A stretch of 63,583 nucleotides of DNA, counting the filler, from Octopus bimaculoides (lineage: Eukaryota): NCBI RefSeq assembly GCF_001194135.2. It is 7 parts of 7 records of this genome, joined end to end, with 100 filler letters (N's around TTAATTAATTAA, not from the genome) between each part and the next. Parts side by side here need not be neighbours in the genome. Positions count along the whole stretch, not along the records: positions 19,760 to 42,963 come from NC_068989.1; positions 43,064 to 55,859 come from NC_068995.1; 5 more parts are not named here. The stretch is one strand, 5' to 3'. Below are positions 38,505 through 51,738 of the stretch, piece after piece. The position numbers were made by a program, and so were the translations under genes. Within the stretch, counting starts at the first letter, position 1. Each line of letters begins with the position of its first letter. The notes under the pieces are model-generated. The model worked only from the letters and a program-made list of their open reading frames with translations, did no database searches and was not told where the DNA came from.

Positions 38505-40788
38505 AAGAAGTTTGCTTCCAAATCAAACGGTTCTGAATTCAGTCCTACTGCGTACCACCTTGGGCAAGTGTCTTCTACTATAGTCCCAGGTCGTCCAAAG
38601 TTATGCGTAGATTCGGTAGACAGAAACGGAAACAAGTTCGTCATATATACGTGTGTGGGGGTGGGGGTAAATGAATGTATATGTATATATGTGTGTATGT
38701 ATGTATCTATGTGTATTAGTGTTTGTCCGCCATGCTTGACAACCGGTATTGGATTGTTTACGTCCCCATAACTTAGCATTTCGGTAAAGAGAACAATAGA
38801 ATGAATACCATGCTTAATAATATGTACGGTGTCGATTTGGAAGACTAAATCCTTCAAAGTTGTGTTTCAGCATGGTTGAAGTCCAATAACTGAAGCATGT
38901 AAACGATAAAAGAATGGTCTAGTGCAATATTTTGATCTAATTATCTTTCTACCTATCTGTCTGTCTGCATGGGGGCGTCCTGAGGGACAATAGAGGATCT
39001 AATGACAACCGTCAAGTTCTCAGTACTTTAGTTGCTTACAGTGTAAGTGAGACGAGCATTGCTCTCCATCCACATTACAAAACTCTATCCATCTTCATTG
39101 AACTGAATCACTGATCATAAAGTATATTTTCGAGGTAAACAGAGCAAAAATAGAAACCGGTTACGAAGGGTTGATGCGTTTGATGTAGGACAATGCAATA
39201 CTTATTTGGTAGGCAAGCCAACGAAGTGACAGAATCGTGAGAGCACTGGGCAAAATGCTTGGCAGCATTTCGTTCACTTTGTTCTGAGTTCAAATTTCAC
39301 CGAGGTCGACTTTGCCTTTCATCCTATCGGGTTCGTTCAAATAAGTCTCAGTGGATCACTGGGATCGATGGTTAGCGATATTTCGTCCACCTTTACGCTG
39401 AGTTTCAATTCCACTGGGGTTGACACTTTGCCTTTCATCCTTCCGAGGTCGTTAAAATAATTAGCAGTTAATCACTGGGGGGTGGGGTGGCATGTAATCA
39501 ACTCACCACCTCCCATGAAATTGCTGGCCTCGTAACAAAATGTGAAACTGATATCTATTTTGTTGGCTATCGATTCGTCTTTGAAACCTCAGACAAAATA
39601 CCGGTGCTTCGCATTTTGAGTTTAAATCTTGCCGAGATAACCTAGTATTTGTTCCTTCAGGTTTCAATGAATGAAGGACCAATGTCATGCAGTAAATCGG
39701 TAGCATCACTCGAGCGTCGTATTGGATTGCTTGCTCTACTGGTTCCTGTTCTTAGTTTTCTGAGTTGAAATTTTATCATGGTCATTAGCCAACTTTAGAG
39801 GTGATCACTCTGTAGCGTGCATTCAGTCCAGATGCCCAATTTCAGGACGTCTTCGTCTCCATTCACCATAAGTAGGCCTTATGAGTGATTTATGTACTTG
39901 GGCCCTTCGTCCTGACAACGGGAAAAAATTCTTATAAGCCTTACAGCAGCAGGAATAAAGGAGTAGAATGGAAAAAAATAGAACTCGAAGAATTCCATAA
40001 AGACAGAACTAAAAAAGAAAGAACGGGCAAAAGGAAAAGCAGCGGCAACTGTACAAGATTAGATAAAAATGAAGAGAAAGGAGGATGAGGAGGAGAGGGA
40101 GTAGGAGGCGATGTAAATAAGTAAGACAAAAATAAATCAAATTACTACAAATACGCGTAAAATTAGTCGCTCTTTATCCATTTATTACATTGTCCAATTC
40201 TGTCAATAGTCGCAATTTTGGTTAACTAGATATTACTGTTCAGCGCCATTCTGTTCGTCTTCTTTCTACTCCCTCTCTTATCAATTTTTTATCCATTATA
40301 TTAATAATAAATATTCAATTTCCTTCATTAATCACTCGTTATATTGGAAGAAAAGTGTATTTTAATGATGTCGTTGCTTTAGACAATTACAGTCATTTAG
40401 TTGATTAAGCACAAAGTGGTACACATCGGTCATGAAACATTTCTCGTGTTAGATTAAATTAGCAGAAATAGAGAAAACATTTTGATGGTAATTTATTTAT
40501 GCAGATTGAATAAATGCAAGGTAATGAAATATGTGTCACAACCCCAGATACATCATTTGCAACACACACACACACACACACACACGTATACATGCACTCA
40601 CATACACACGTATGTACGCCAAGCATACTAACATGCATATATACAACAATAGACATAGTCACAGCTCGAATTATCTTTAGTTTAAGTATTCAATGGACTC
40701 CACACTTCATTGTACCTTGTCTACTACTAAAACCTGGGGCCGACCAGAGCCATGTGAGGGGATTTGGTAGGCCCGTCCAATATATATA

Positions 40789-41859
40789 AACTGAACCACA
40801 AAAGAAATACCGCACACATACTGAATAGAAAGCAGTTTATTAACAGACTGCTATAGCATTGATTGAAAAGTGTTAATAAAGAAACCGTCTTTCCTAATGA
40901 TAAAACGTCATTTCCTGAAACATATTTGACGTCACCTAGTATCACGTGATGACGGAGTGTCCTGGATCCAAAGAGATGAACTCAATATCTCGTCTGACCA
41001 CAGTTAGCGTTGGTTATCGCCAAGCATCTTCTGTACATTGAATGCACAAAACGATTGATGAAGGCCATGAGGATAGCAGCCCCCACACTTAAAACTTGCA
41101 GTGAGTTGTGCCGCAGTTATCAGCCTTGGGCGGGTGCCATTTAGCCTTCTTTAGATTTCGTCTCTCAGGTGCTCTATGGAGTTCAAGTCCGGACTTAGTG
41201 CAGGCAATGGCAGTGCCTGGATGTTAAGCTGTTGGAGTAAGTCTGTTGTCAACCTGGCAGTATAGGCCCGGGCGTTGTCGTGCTAGAATTGTCTCTGCAC
41301 AAATGGGTCTGTGAGTCCGAATGGTCTGCCTAGCTGATTCCGTTGCCCTACGGATTCAGTCCTGCAAGTGCTGTCCGTGCATATGGTGATCTTGACGTGC
41401 CGTTGTAACCCTCGGTCGGCACTGCGTGGACGATCATCTGTGCTATTTCTGGCATTATTTCGTTCCCTCAGTCGCTCAATTGTCAGAATACTGCAATGAC
41501 CCTTGGATATTGACCAGCATAGAGACGTCAGATGGCTTGCTCCCTCTGATTTCATGTCATTCCTAGTATAGTTGCTGCGTTCAGGAAACGAATGACATCA
41601 TTTATACCCAATGATCGCAAGTTTTGCACGTGCATCTTGTTTTCATAAAAATACGTTCGCAAGCATTACCATGTTCACGAAAAGTGAGCGAGTTCGAACC
41701 CTACATGCAATTCTTGTATTTTCAAAAGAGAGATGTTGTGAGTCAGTGACATCTTCCTGGTGTCAAATTACGTAGAAATGTGATAAAATCCATATAATCT
41801 CAATATCGAGCGTGAAACAAATTATCATTTACAGTGCGACATTTCTTTTGTAGTTCAAT
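40789..41859 (-). mobile_element. Internally deleted Tc1-like element
   Basis: TIRs ctgaaccacaaaagaaataccgcac / gtgcgacatttcttttgtagttca in TA context. HTH remnant (RPRVTTARQD) joins directly to F*HDNARAYTAR...PALSPDLNSIEHL. Confidence 0.85.
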
Positions 41860-41999
41860 ATATATATATGTATATATATATATAGGTAAGTGGTAGGTTT
41901 GCCTCGATCCTTCAGGGGTAGTCTGAAGCATCCAACAACGGCTATCTAGTCCAACGAAAATGCTTTTTCTTGTATTTGTTGCTCCATTCTGCAAGTAAA

Positions 42000-42037
<38 letters not shown>

Positions 42038-42213
42038 GGGAGAGTTCACGAAAAAACAACAGACGAAGACAGGTGGTGTGGACAACAAATTGATGTATTA
42101 GTATAACGCTCGGGAATAGAGAAAGTCTTTAACATTTCGAGCCTACGCTCTTCAACAGAAAAGAACACAGAAAGAAACAAGGAGAGTATGTGTGCGGCAT
42201 TTCTTTTGTGGTT

Positions 42214-42259
<46 letters not shown>

Positions 42260-42826
42260 ATATATATACATACACACATACACACACACTTAATTATATA
42301 CATATATGTGTGTTTTTGTGTTTGTCTCCCGCCACCGACTGACAACACGGTTTAGTTAAAGAGACCGATTGATTATGTACCAGTCTTTAAGAACTATAAA
42401 TAGTAGTTTCGATGTTTTTCGTCTAAAATTTTCAAAGAATAGACCAAGCATGCCTGCAGTTCAATCAATGGAACAAGTATAAAAATAGAAAAGATATATG
42501 TATATCGAGTACATGTATGTTTGTTGTCTGTAGTATGAACCTGGTTCCATTAATTTATATTTCGCTTACCTGAACAAAAGACTAAAAATCTTTGGTATGA
42601 GAGAAATATATATCCATGTACTTGTACATCCTTTCTGCCCTTGACCGTTTGGTATCATGTTTTGCGTTTGGTGGCTGTGTTGTAAGTAGCTTGCTTACCA
42701 ACTACATGGTTCTGGGTTTAGTCCCACTGCGTGGCACCTTGGGCAAATGTCTTCTACTATAGTCTCGGGCCGACCAAAGTCTTGTGAGTGAATTTGGTAG
42801 ACGGAAACTGAAAGAAGCCCGTCGTA

Positions 42827-42867
<41 letters not shown>

Positions 42868-43103
42868 TAATTTTAGGGAAAATAACCAAGTTTCAAGAAC
42901 TCATCGATGAAAATCCACTATCACATGTAGAAAAATTAACAATTAAAAGGACAATAAATGAGTNNNNNNNNNNNNNNNNNNNNNNNNNNNNNNNNNNNNN
43001 NNNNNNNTTAATTAATTAANNNNNNNNNNNNNNNNNNNNNNNNNNNNNNNNNNNNNNNNNNNNACCATTTTGAGCGTGGCCGTTGCCAGTACCGCCTGAC
43101 TGG

Positions 43104-43395
43104 CTCCCGTAGGATTTTCGAGCGAGATCGTTGCCAGTGCCCCTGGACTGGCTTGTGCGGGTGGCACATAAAAGACACCATTTCGAGCGTGGCCGTTTTC
43201 GTGCGGGTGACACGTAAAAGCACCCACTACACTCTCTGAGTGGTTGGCGTTAGGAAGGGCATCCAGCTGTAGAAACTATGCCAAATTAGACTGGAGCCTG
43301 GTGTTGCCATCCGGTTTCACCAGTCCTCAGTCAAATCGTCCAACCCATGCTAGCATGGAAAGCGGACGTTAAACGATGATGATGATGTTGATGAT
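43104..43395 (+). mobile_element. Retroposon family C with (GAT)n tail (RTE-type 3' end). Other copies: 12526-12748(+), 48035-48187(+), 51070-51255(+), 54740-55085(-), 10290-10460(-)
   Basis: Repeated gagtggttggcgttaggaagggcatccagctgtagaaact...gcatggaaagcggacgttaaacgatgatgatg. Confidence 0.8.
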
Positions 43396-45065
43396 ATATA
43401 TATATATGCATGTATTTATATAGTAATGATATTATATAAATATATATAAAAGTACACACACACACATATATAAATATGTATATATATGTATGTATAGGGT
43501 TTTTTGGAAGTATGTGAATGTGTGTGTGAGATTAATTGGTTATTTAAGAGGTGTGTGTACAGAGCAGGTGTCTTGGATGTGAGAGTAGGTGTGCATCTGT
43601 GTATATATATATATAACATATATAGAATATATACATAACACACATATATAAGTGCATACGTATGTGCGCACAGGCATAGGTATATAAATGTGTATGTTTC
43701 TATATGAATAGTGAATGTGTAGGAGGTGTGTATATATATATATATGTATAGGTCCAACCCATGCCAGCATGGAAAGCGGACGTTAAACGATGATGATGAT
43801 GATGATGATATATATATACATGTGTAAACTGCTTGTCTATGTATGCGTAGTGTCTATATGGATATATGCGTGAGTGTTTAGGAGGTGTGTGTTTATGTGT
43901 GAGAGGTGCGTGTATGTGTGTTAGTATGACAGTAATTAAGCTATTTTAGTCAAGTGACAATAAAATATAATAAACATTTTGAGTGTATATCGAGGTGACA
44001 TATGGTGTATACAAGTCATTTTATATACACAAGTACACTATAAAAATACAAGAGCTACTTTTATGCACACACACAGGTACCGTGCACTGGTGTGTATAAC
44101 AAGTACGTTAAGATACTTCTAGAAAGTACCAGTCTGAGGGGTACTTTAATATGCACAAACACAGGGTGTCTCTGTGATATGATGTGACAGGGGTACAATA
44201 TAACGCCCCTTGTCTGAGAACTGACCCAGAGAGAGAGAGAGAGAGAGAAAGAGGAGGGAGGGAGAGAGAGAGAGAAAGAGGAGGGAGGGGGAGAGAGAGA
44301 GAGAAAGAGGAGGGAGGGAGAGAGAGAGAGATGGTTTTTCTGGCAAAGGAGAATACCATTAGTTTTGTTGCTAAACAAAATTTTCTCTTATGTAAGACAA
44401 CATCAATGAATGGTAATAACTTGTTATAATATGTATTCGTCCATCAGACTCAATTAACCATTAGTCATAGTGGGTCCCACTCTTACATAAACAGGAGCTG
44501 TGCAAACAAAGAGGGTACTCAGTTGCTAATGAAATCCCAATAAAGGATTGAAACTAATCTGGCTGAGACCTTCTTTGGCCAAGAAGACAAGGTTTAGTAA
44601 TGGCTAAAACTCTGCAGTACATAATAGCATCCTATATCTTTTATCGTTTACTTGTTCCAGTCATTAGACTGTGGCCATGCTGGGGCACTACCTTGAAGAA
44701 TTTTTTAGTTGAATGAATTGAGCCCAGGACTTATTTTTTTTTGTTTTTGTAAACCTGATACTTATTCTATCAGTCTCTGTTGCTGAACTGCTAAGCCATG
44801 GGATGTAAACACACCAACACTGGTTGTCAAGCAGCAGAGGGACACGCACAATGGGCTTTCCAGTTTCTGTCTATCAAATCCACTTAAAAGGATTTGGTCA
44901 GCCTGTGTCTATAATAAAAGACACTTGCCCAAAGTGCCATGCAGTGGGTCTGAACCTGGAACCATGTGATTCAAAAGTAAACTTCTTACCACACAGCCAC
45001 ACTTGCACTGCACGAACACACAAACATACATCCACACACACTGTATTTGAGTGAAATTGTTTTAC

Positions 45066-45236
45066 CTCTGTAAGTGAGAAAATCCTGCAAGATGTCCAAC
45101 ATCCGTGTCATCTGCGAAAACATCAACACTTTATGTCCAGCGTTCTTCAGATGTTGCAATAACTGATCAATTAGTTCCAACTTGCCACTAGAATTAACCA
45201 GATGCTCTCCAATTTCAAATGGTTCCTCTTCAATAC
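45066..45236 (-). CDS. CHD1L: CHD1L exon (171 bp): [57 protein letters not shown]; last visible exon
   Basis: ttctctag acceptor and G|gtaaaa donor; the EPFExGxHL..SGKL..LD signature distinguishes CHD1L from other SNF2 proteins; motif [13 protein letters not shown]. Confidence 0.95.
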
Positions 45237-45989
45237 CTAGAGAATTTGTCAATTGAAAATAATTAATTGGATCATCTCTTTCAGAATTCCACAGAACTGA
45301 TGATCCAATATCTTTAATCCAACAAGGTACAAAGCTATTTTGTAATTTCAATTCCTTTGTTATCACATTTCTGTTGAAGTAAATCAATTTTTTATTCATT
45401 TTGAAAAGAACAAAGAATTTAGTTAAATAAACTAGGGTTTGGAACGTAAAATTAAAATGAAATTTTGAAAGTTTTAGTTAAGATCATTTTAAAACATCAG
45501 GTTTGAATCATAGAACCAAGAATGGTTTAGGAAAGGTTAGTTTCAGAAGGATTAAATGAATTCATATAAAATGGTGTGTCTTGTCTAAGGTACACTTTAA
45601 CAATCACGATATTGTTGACGTCAGATATTCTTTTCTACTCTAGGCACAAGGCCTGAAATTCTGGGGGAGGGGGCCAGTCGATTAGATTGACCTCAGTACG
45701 CAACTGGTACTTAATTTATCGACCCTGAAAGGATGAAAGGCAAAGTCCACCTCAGTGGAATTTGAACTGTGTTTCTTTCAATTACTTCAAATACAACAAA
45801 GAATCTAGTAAAATAACTAAGTTATCATTCAGCTAGTGTGATAACTAAATTGTGACTAAGGTTTGGTGGAAGATTTTAATTCAAAACTTTTGGAAACAAG
45901 ACATTCGTATTACAGAGCCAGAAATGGTCTCAGCCAGGTTGGTATCAAAAGGGTTAAACACACAATCAAAGTGATCTGGAAGCTCCTTC

Positions 45990-46420
45990 TTCACAATCCA
46001 GATTATAGGCTCCGTACAGAAAGATGTTCTTGATAAATGCATTGAAGAAGGCTAGCCTTGTTGATTTTGAAATAATTGCCAGATGCTCTGAAATTTATTG
46101 CAAACACTCCAGCTCAATTATTGTGTGACAGGAAATCTTTCTCATTGTTAAAATGCAAAGGTACTTGACTGAGGTCACTGACTCGTTCGAGTTGAAGGCC
46201 ACTGTAGGAACCAACTGGTTGGCAGCTTACATTCTCATCGACAGCCACTGCACAGCACTGAGAAAAAGACTGACTCTGGTGACAACATTCTGAAGTCTTG
46301 GCACATGGCACAATCGATAAGCTGTGAGGGTGAGATCATCGACATGGTCAGGGTCTGAGAGACACCAGTTCTCATAAGTTCTACTAAATGGTAAGGTCTT
46401 TGTGTTGCAGGGCCTAGATA
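45990..46420 (-). mobile_element. Highly degraded LINE reverse-transcriptase fragment in a CHD1L intron
   Basis: DHVDDLTLTA..LQNVV resembles the YADD region; LERVSD and ...CIYQEHLSVRSL occur downstream in shifted frames. Confidence 0.4.
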
Positions 46421-47164
46421 TTCTTTTAGGCTTTTACTTGGTTCAATCATTTGACTGCGGCCATGCTGGAGCACTGCCTCGAAGAATTTTAGTCAAATGA
46501 ATTAACTCCGGCACTTAATTATTTCAAGCCTTGTATTTATTGGTCTCTTTTGCTGAACTGCTAAGTTACGAGAATGTAAACACTAACACCAACTGTCAAG
46601 TGGTGGTGGGAGACAAACACACATTATATACATGACAGGCTTCTTTCAGTTTCCCATCAACCAAATCCATTCACAAGGCTTTGCTTGGCTTGAGGCAACA
46701 GAAAATACTTGCTTGAGGTGCCACGCAGTGGGACTGAACCTAGAATCGTGATTAGGAAGCAAACCTCTTACAACAGAGCCCCGCCTGCAACTACGATATG
46801 TTGATGTATCTATATGTAGAGTGGTGTGTCTTGTCTAAGGTTTAACACTCTTGTTATCATAATACTGATGGCGTTAGGTAAGTTCGATATCTGTATAGAG
46901 TGGTGTATCTTGCCTAAGGGTTAACATTTTAGCAATTATAAAAGGTAACAATCCCAGTTTGTATTCTTAACAGCCAGGTGGACTGAGGTGAGATAGAATT
47001 AAATATGTTGACCAAACACCTTAGGATATGGTTCCTTTAGAATACCAGACCTGATCCCCATCCTGTCATGTTAGTTGGAAGTGATCAAGTTCAATCATGT
47101 GACTTCAGCAAACAGTGATGTACTGTGAGAAGGAAAGAATAGAAAGAGAGGAAGAAGAAAAAAG

Positions 47165-47232
<68 letters not shown>

Positions 47233-47302
47233 CTGGGGGAATGAAGAGGGGAGGGGGGAGAGAAAAGAAGAAATGTCAGAGTAACATTATATATACACTC
47301 AC

Positions 47303-47410
47303 CATCAAACAAGTAAGGATGGTTAACACATTTGCGAAGCTGTATAAAAATATTCATCATGTTATGTTGGCTGCGATCACCAGGTGCACAGCTGCTACTG
47401 AGGAATGCCG
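47303..47410 (-). CDS. CHD1L: CHD1L exon (108 bp): TAFLSSSCAPGDRSQHNMMNIFIQLRKCVNHPYLFD
   Basis: ttgcag acceptor and G|gtgagt donor; QLRKCxNHPYLF motif. Confidence 0.95.
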
Positions 47411-48000
47411 CTGCAATTGGGAAATAAAACATGCAGGTTTTAGTGTTTTTGTGAAGGCGACGGGCAATACTTGTGCAGTCGTCTCTCTTGCACACCACAT
47501 CTGATTCCTCTTGTGCCAACCTTTTCTCTCAAGATGCTTACACTCTGTCAAACATGCACAATGACATTGCACATCCAGCAACGCATACTGATTTCATGTC
47601 TTTCAAGCCTACGCATGTCCTCGGCTGTCACAGCCCATGCTTCACTGCCATGCAGCATAGCTGTTTGCACACAAGCATCAAAGGCGCATATATATATATA
47701 TATATATATANNNNNNNNNNNNNNNNNNNNNNNNNNNNNNNNNNNNNNNNNNNNNNNNNNNNNNNNNNNNNNNNNNNNNNNNNNNNNNNNNNNNNNNNNN
47801 NNNNNNNNNNNNNNNNNNNNNNNNNNNNNNNNNNNNNNNNNNNNNNNNNNNNNNNNNNNNNNNNNNNNNNNNNNNNNNNNNNNNNNNNNNNNNNNNNNNN
47901 NNNNNNNNNNNNNNNNNNNNNNNNNNNNNNNNNNNNNNNNNNNNNNNNNNNNNNNNNNNNNNNNNNNNNNNNNNNNNNNNNNNNNNNNNNNNNNNNNNNN

Positions 48001-48033
<33 letters not shown>

Positions 48034-48449
48034 ATCTAATTTGGCAGAGTTTCTACAGCTGGATGCCCTTCCTAACGCCAACCACTTGGAGCCTGGTGTA
48101 GCCATCCGGTTGCACCAGTCCTCAGTCAAATCGTCCAACCCATGCTAGCATGGAAAGCGGACGTTAAACGATGATGATGATGATGATATATATATATATA
48201 CACACACACACACATGCATATATACCTGCAGTATACTACCAACACAAAACCTTGCAGTTGTTTCTACCTCACTATGAACTCAAAGTTATGGTACCTGGCC
48301 AATCCTGGAGTCCTATGTGTTGATGTGCATAGATTCTAACACAGACAGACAGGCATACCCTCAGTTAAACAAACAAATAGACTGGTAAGTAACCAGATAG
48401 ACAAACAGCATCTCCAAACCTCAAATCAAGACAAAAAACAGCCCCTTAC

Positions 48450-48605
48450 TGTGATCCTTGGTGAGAATGGCTTTGTAGAGTTTCTTCTGTAATGCCGAGA
48501 GTCCATGAAAGAGAACAACTTCAGATTTGTTGGGGAGGTCAAGGACGGATTCCTTCACCCGGCGCAGCAGGAATGGTTTCAATATCTGATGCAACTCAGA
48601 CGTGG
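48450..48605 (-). CDS. CHD1L: CHD1L exon (156 bp): [52 protein letters not shown]
   Basis: tttttcag acceptor and A|gtaagg donor; phases 1/1 fit the flanking exons; [16 protein letters not shown] is CHD1L-like. Confidence 0.95.
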
Positions 48606-48719
48606 CTGAAAAATCAAACAAGGAATTTCATGAAGTGGTTTATTTCAGTTTATATTTTTATAGGGGTTGTTCCTGTTATTCTATGAGTCAAAAACATTCT
48701 AGCTATAACCATGCCATTG

Positions 48720-48880
48720 TTTGAGTACAACAATGAACCAGATATGTTGGTCGTTAGCTCGTTAGCCATTTCTTTTCTAAGGCTCAGTGTCCTGAGATTA
48801 GCCTTCAATATTTTGTCCCATGTCTTCCTGGTCTCCCTCTTCCACAAGTTCCATCCACTTCAAAGGATTGGCATTTCTGG
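48720..48880 (-). mobile_element. RTE LINE C-terminal fragment
   Basis: [21 protein letters not shown] resembles the RTE terminal pattern GRPRKTW...DLR.L.L. Confidence 0.5.
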
Positions 48881-49012
48881 ATGCAACATATAATGTGTGT
48901 GTGTGTGTGTGTGTGTGCGCATGTGTGTGTGTGTATGTGTGTGTGCAGATGGATGGGTCAATATAGCTAGCAAGATAAACAGACAAATGGATATGGATAG
49001 ATAAGTGTTCAC

Positions 49013-49169
49013 CTTTTTTGTCGGTTTGCGTTTGATATTTCTCAACAAAATAATCCTTCAGTTTCATGGGAAAAATCAGTTCAGAGACAAAATTTAACAA
49101 GGAAAATAATTCTTGGAGATTATTCTGGACTGGTGTTCCAGTCAACAGGATTCTTTGATGGACATTCCA
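49013..49169 (-). CDS. CHD1L: CHD1L exon (157 bp): [52 protein letters not shown]
   Basis: ttccag acceptor and G|gtgaac donor; motif [17 protein letters not shown]. Confidence 0.95.
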
Positions 49170-49420
49170 CTGGAACAGATAACGGTAACCATTTTAAACA
49201 CACATTTCATAACCATTTAATATTTCATGACCACACGAAATACATTTCAAATACATATTCAAAAGTCAACAAGAAACACACCTCACAACAGCCACGAGTA
49301 TTTCACAATTACACACACATCACAACTACAAACATTTCTCCGACTCAAATGACCCTGACCACATTCTTTCAAACACTGACCACACACACAAGGACACTGA
49401 TCTCTGTGTGTGTAAATAAC

Positions 49421-49532
49421 CTTCCTGTGATCCCACTATATCTCTTGTGTCCATAGCTAGCACTGGGAATTTCTAATTCCATATTCAGTGCAAACTATGG
49501 ACACACAAGAGATACAGTGGAAACACAGGAAG
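49421..49532 (-). other. 112-nt imperfect hairpin in a CHD1L intron
   Basis: Arms cttcctgtgatcccactatatctcttgtgtccatagctagcactgggaat and attccatattcagtgcaaactatggacacacaagagatacagtggaaacacaggaag around a 5-nt loop. Confidence 0.8.
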
Positions 49533-51627
49533 CTTAACAGAGAGAAACAGTCTTTGAATGTGGAAGATGCACAGGAGAAATACATGCTAAAGACATACAG
49601 AAAATGGATTTTTCTCAAATGTCCAGGAGGTTCCCTAAGAAACCTAATTAGCAGTGGAGGAGAATAGTTATTAGAATAAGAAGAGGATGGAGAAAGTTCA
49701 GAGATTGTTTGCCAACATAACGTGGCAGTCCTGGTTTAGGATGAATGTTGCTGTAATTTAGCCCCAGGAGACATTGTCTCCAGCTGGCTATATGACACGA
49801 TCTGTGTCCTTAAAGGCCAAAATTATTTGAAGTTTTCTAAGAATTTCACCTCAAATAAATGTTTCTAAATCATCATTTAGACAATATAGTATATTTACTG
49901 AATGAATCTTTCATCAATCATAACTGTGGTAAATTCAGTGAAGTTTATGCTTAGCTGAGGAGGTCAACATAATAAAGAAACATGTTGAAACATGCCAATG
50001 TACTTGCTAGAAAATTAAGATATTACGAGTCATTCATCCTTTACTTCAAAGTTCGATTGCACAATAAATAGATAAGGATTAGCCGCAGGAAAGGTATCAA
50101 GCTGTAAAATGAGACCTCAATGATATTTAATACCTTTGTCTAACCCATGCTGAGAAACAACTGACTAAAGTAGTTTTATTTTTCTCCACATAATCATTTT
50201 TAATTAACTTTTTAACAGTAACTTACCTGTCGATCAATCAGACCACCAAATTATTTCAAGTTGGTTAACTTTTTACAACTCTCTGTATTAAATAAGTCAA
50301 CACTAACTTATCTCTGTTCCATTTTACATTCAGAATATAGCACAAAACATTCAGCACCAGGTAAATAAAACATCCAAAGTTTCAGAGGAATCACACCAGG
50401 TGTTTGTTTAGAAAATATAAATGGATGTGCCGTTCACACACCCAAACACATTTAACACAACACAGACAAACACATACACAGAGATTTATTAAGACGAAGG
50501 AAGACATGTGCTGCAACTCACAAGAATACACGTGTTGAAGAACAATCTCTATGTTTGTGTGTGTGTGTGCGCACACACACACACACACACAGAGGAGGAT
50601 TCAGAAATCCTTTTACTGCTTAAATGAGATACAGAAATATTCTATTACATTTTTGTTTTTATTTATATATTTTTTATGCTGTCTTTGCAATTTTATTTAA
50701 TATATATATATGGGCACAGGAGTGGCTGTGTGGTAAGTAGCTTGCTTACCGACCACATGGTTCCGGGTTCATTCCCACTGCGTGGCACCTTGGGCAAGTG
50801 TCTTTACTTTAGCCTCGGGCCGACCAATGCCTTGTGAGTAGATTTGGTAAACAGAAACTGAAGGAAGTCTGTTGTATATATGTATCTGTATATATGTATG
50901 TGTGTGTATATGTTTGTGTGTCTGTGTTTGTCCCCCCCCCCCCATCGCTTGACAACCGATGGTGGTGTGTTTNNNNNNNNNNCCCCCCCATCGCTTGACA
51001 ACCGATGGTGGTGTGTTTACGTCCCTATAACTTAGTGGTTTGGCAAAAGAGACCGATAGAATAAGTACTAGGCACTGGTACCACATAAAAAGCATCCAGT
51101 ATACTCTGTGGAATGGTTAGCATTAAGAAGGGCGTTCAGCTGTAGAAACAATGCCTCAACAGACAGCTGGAGCCTGGTGCAGTCCCTAGCCTTACCAGTT
51201 CCAGTCAAGCTCTCCAACCCATACCAGTATGGAAAATGGACATTAAATGATGATGTATACACACATACTAACATATATTCTCTATGTGTGTGTGTATTCT
51301 TAAACAAGTATGTTGTTGACAGTGACTTCCCAGTTTTGGTCAGCAAGCTATCGTTGAATAGTCCGACAATGGCTTAGCTAGCCAAAACTTCGAAGTCACT
51401 GACAATAATATGCTTGTTTAAGACGAAGAAATTTGTATTCTACAAAAGTATAGAGTAACCGATCAGATTTATGTAAAAGTGTTTCCATTGTAACTGAACA
51501 TAAAAACAAAAATACATATACACAACACACATAGGTAACCTTCAAATACACAGAGAATGTATGAAGGAGTGTATAATATGAAGAGTGTATAATATGTGAA
51601 GAGTGTATAATATGAAGAGTAACTTAC

Positions 51628-51738
51628 TGAAACTAGAGTGGACCTGAGCATAGAGTCTTGGCTCTTCAGTCGGTGACCTTCATCGACAACCATCAAATGC
51701 CAAGATATCCTTTTCAGAAGCTCGTCTCGAAGACAAAT
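51628..51738 (-). CDS. CHD1L: CHD1L exon (111 bp): ICLRDELLKRISWHLMVVDEGHRLKSQDSMLRSTLVS (Walker B, DEGH)
   Basis: ttcctttTCAG acceptor and TCA|gtaagt donor; 37 codons; SNF2 motif II. Confidence 0.95.
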
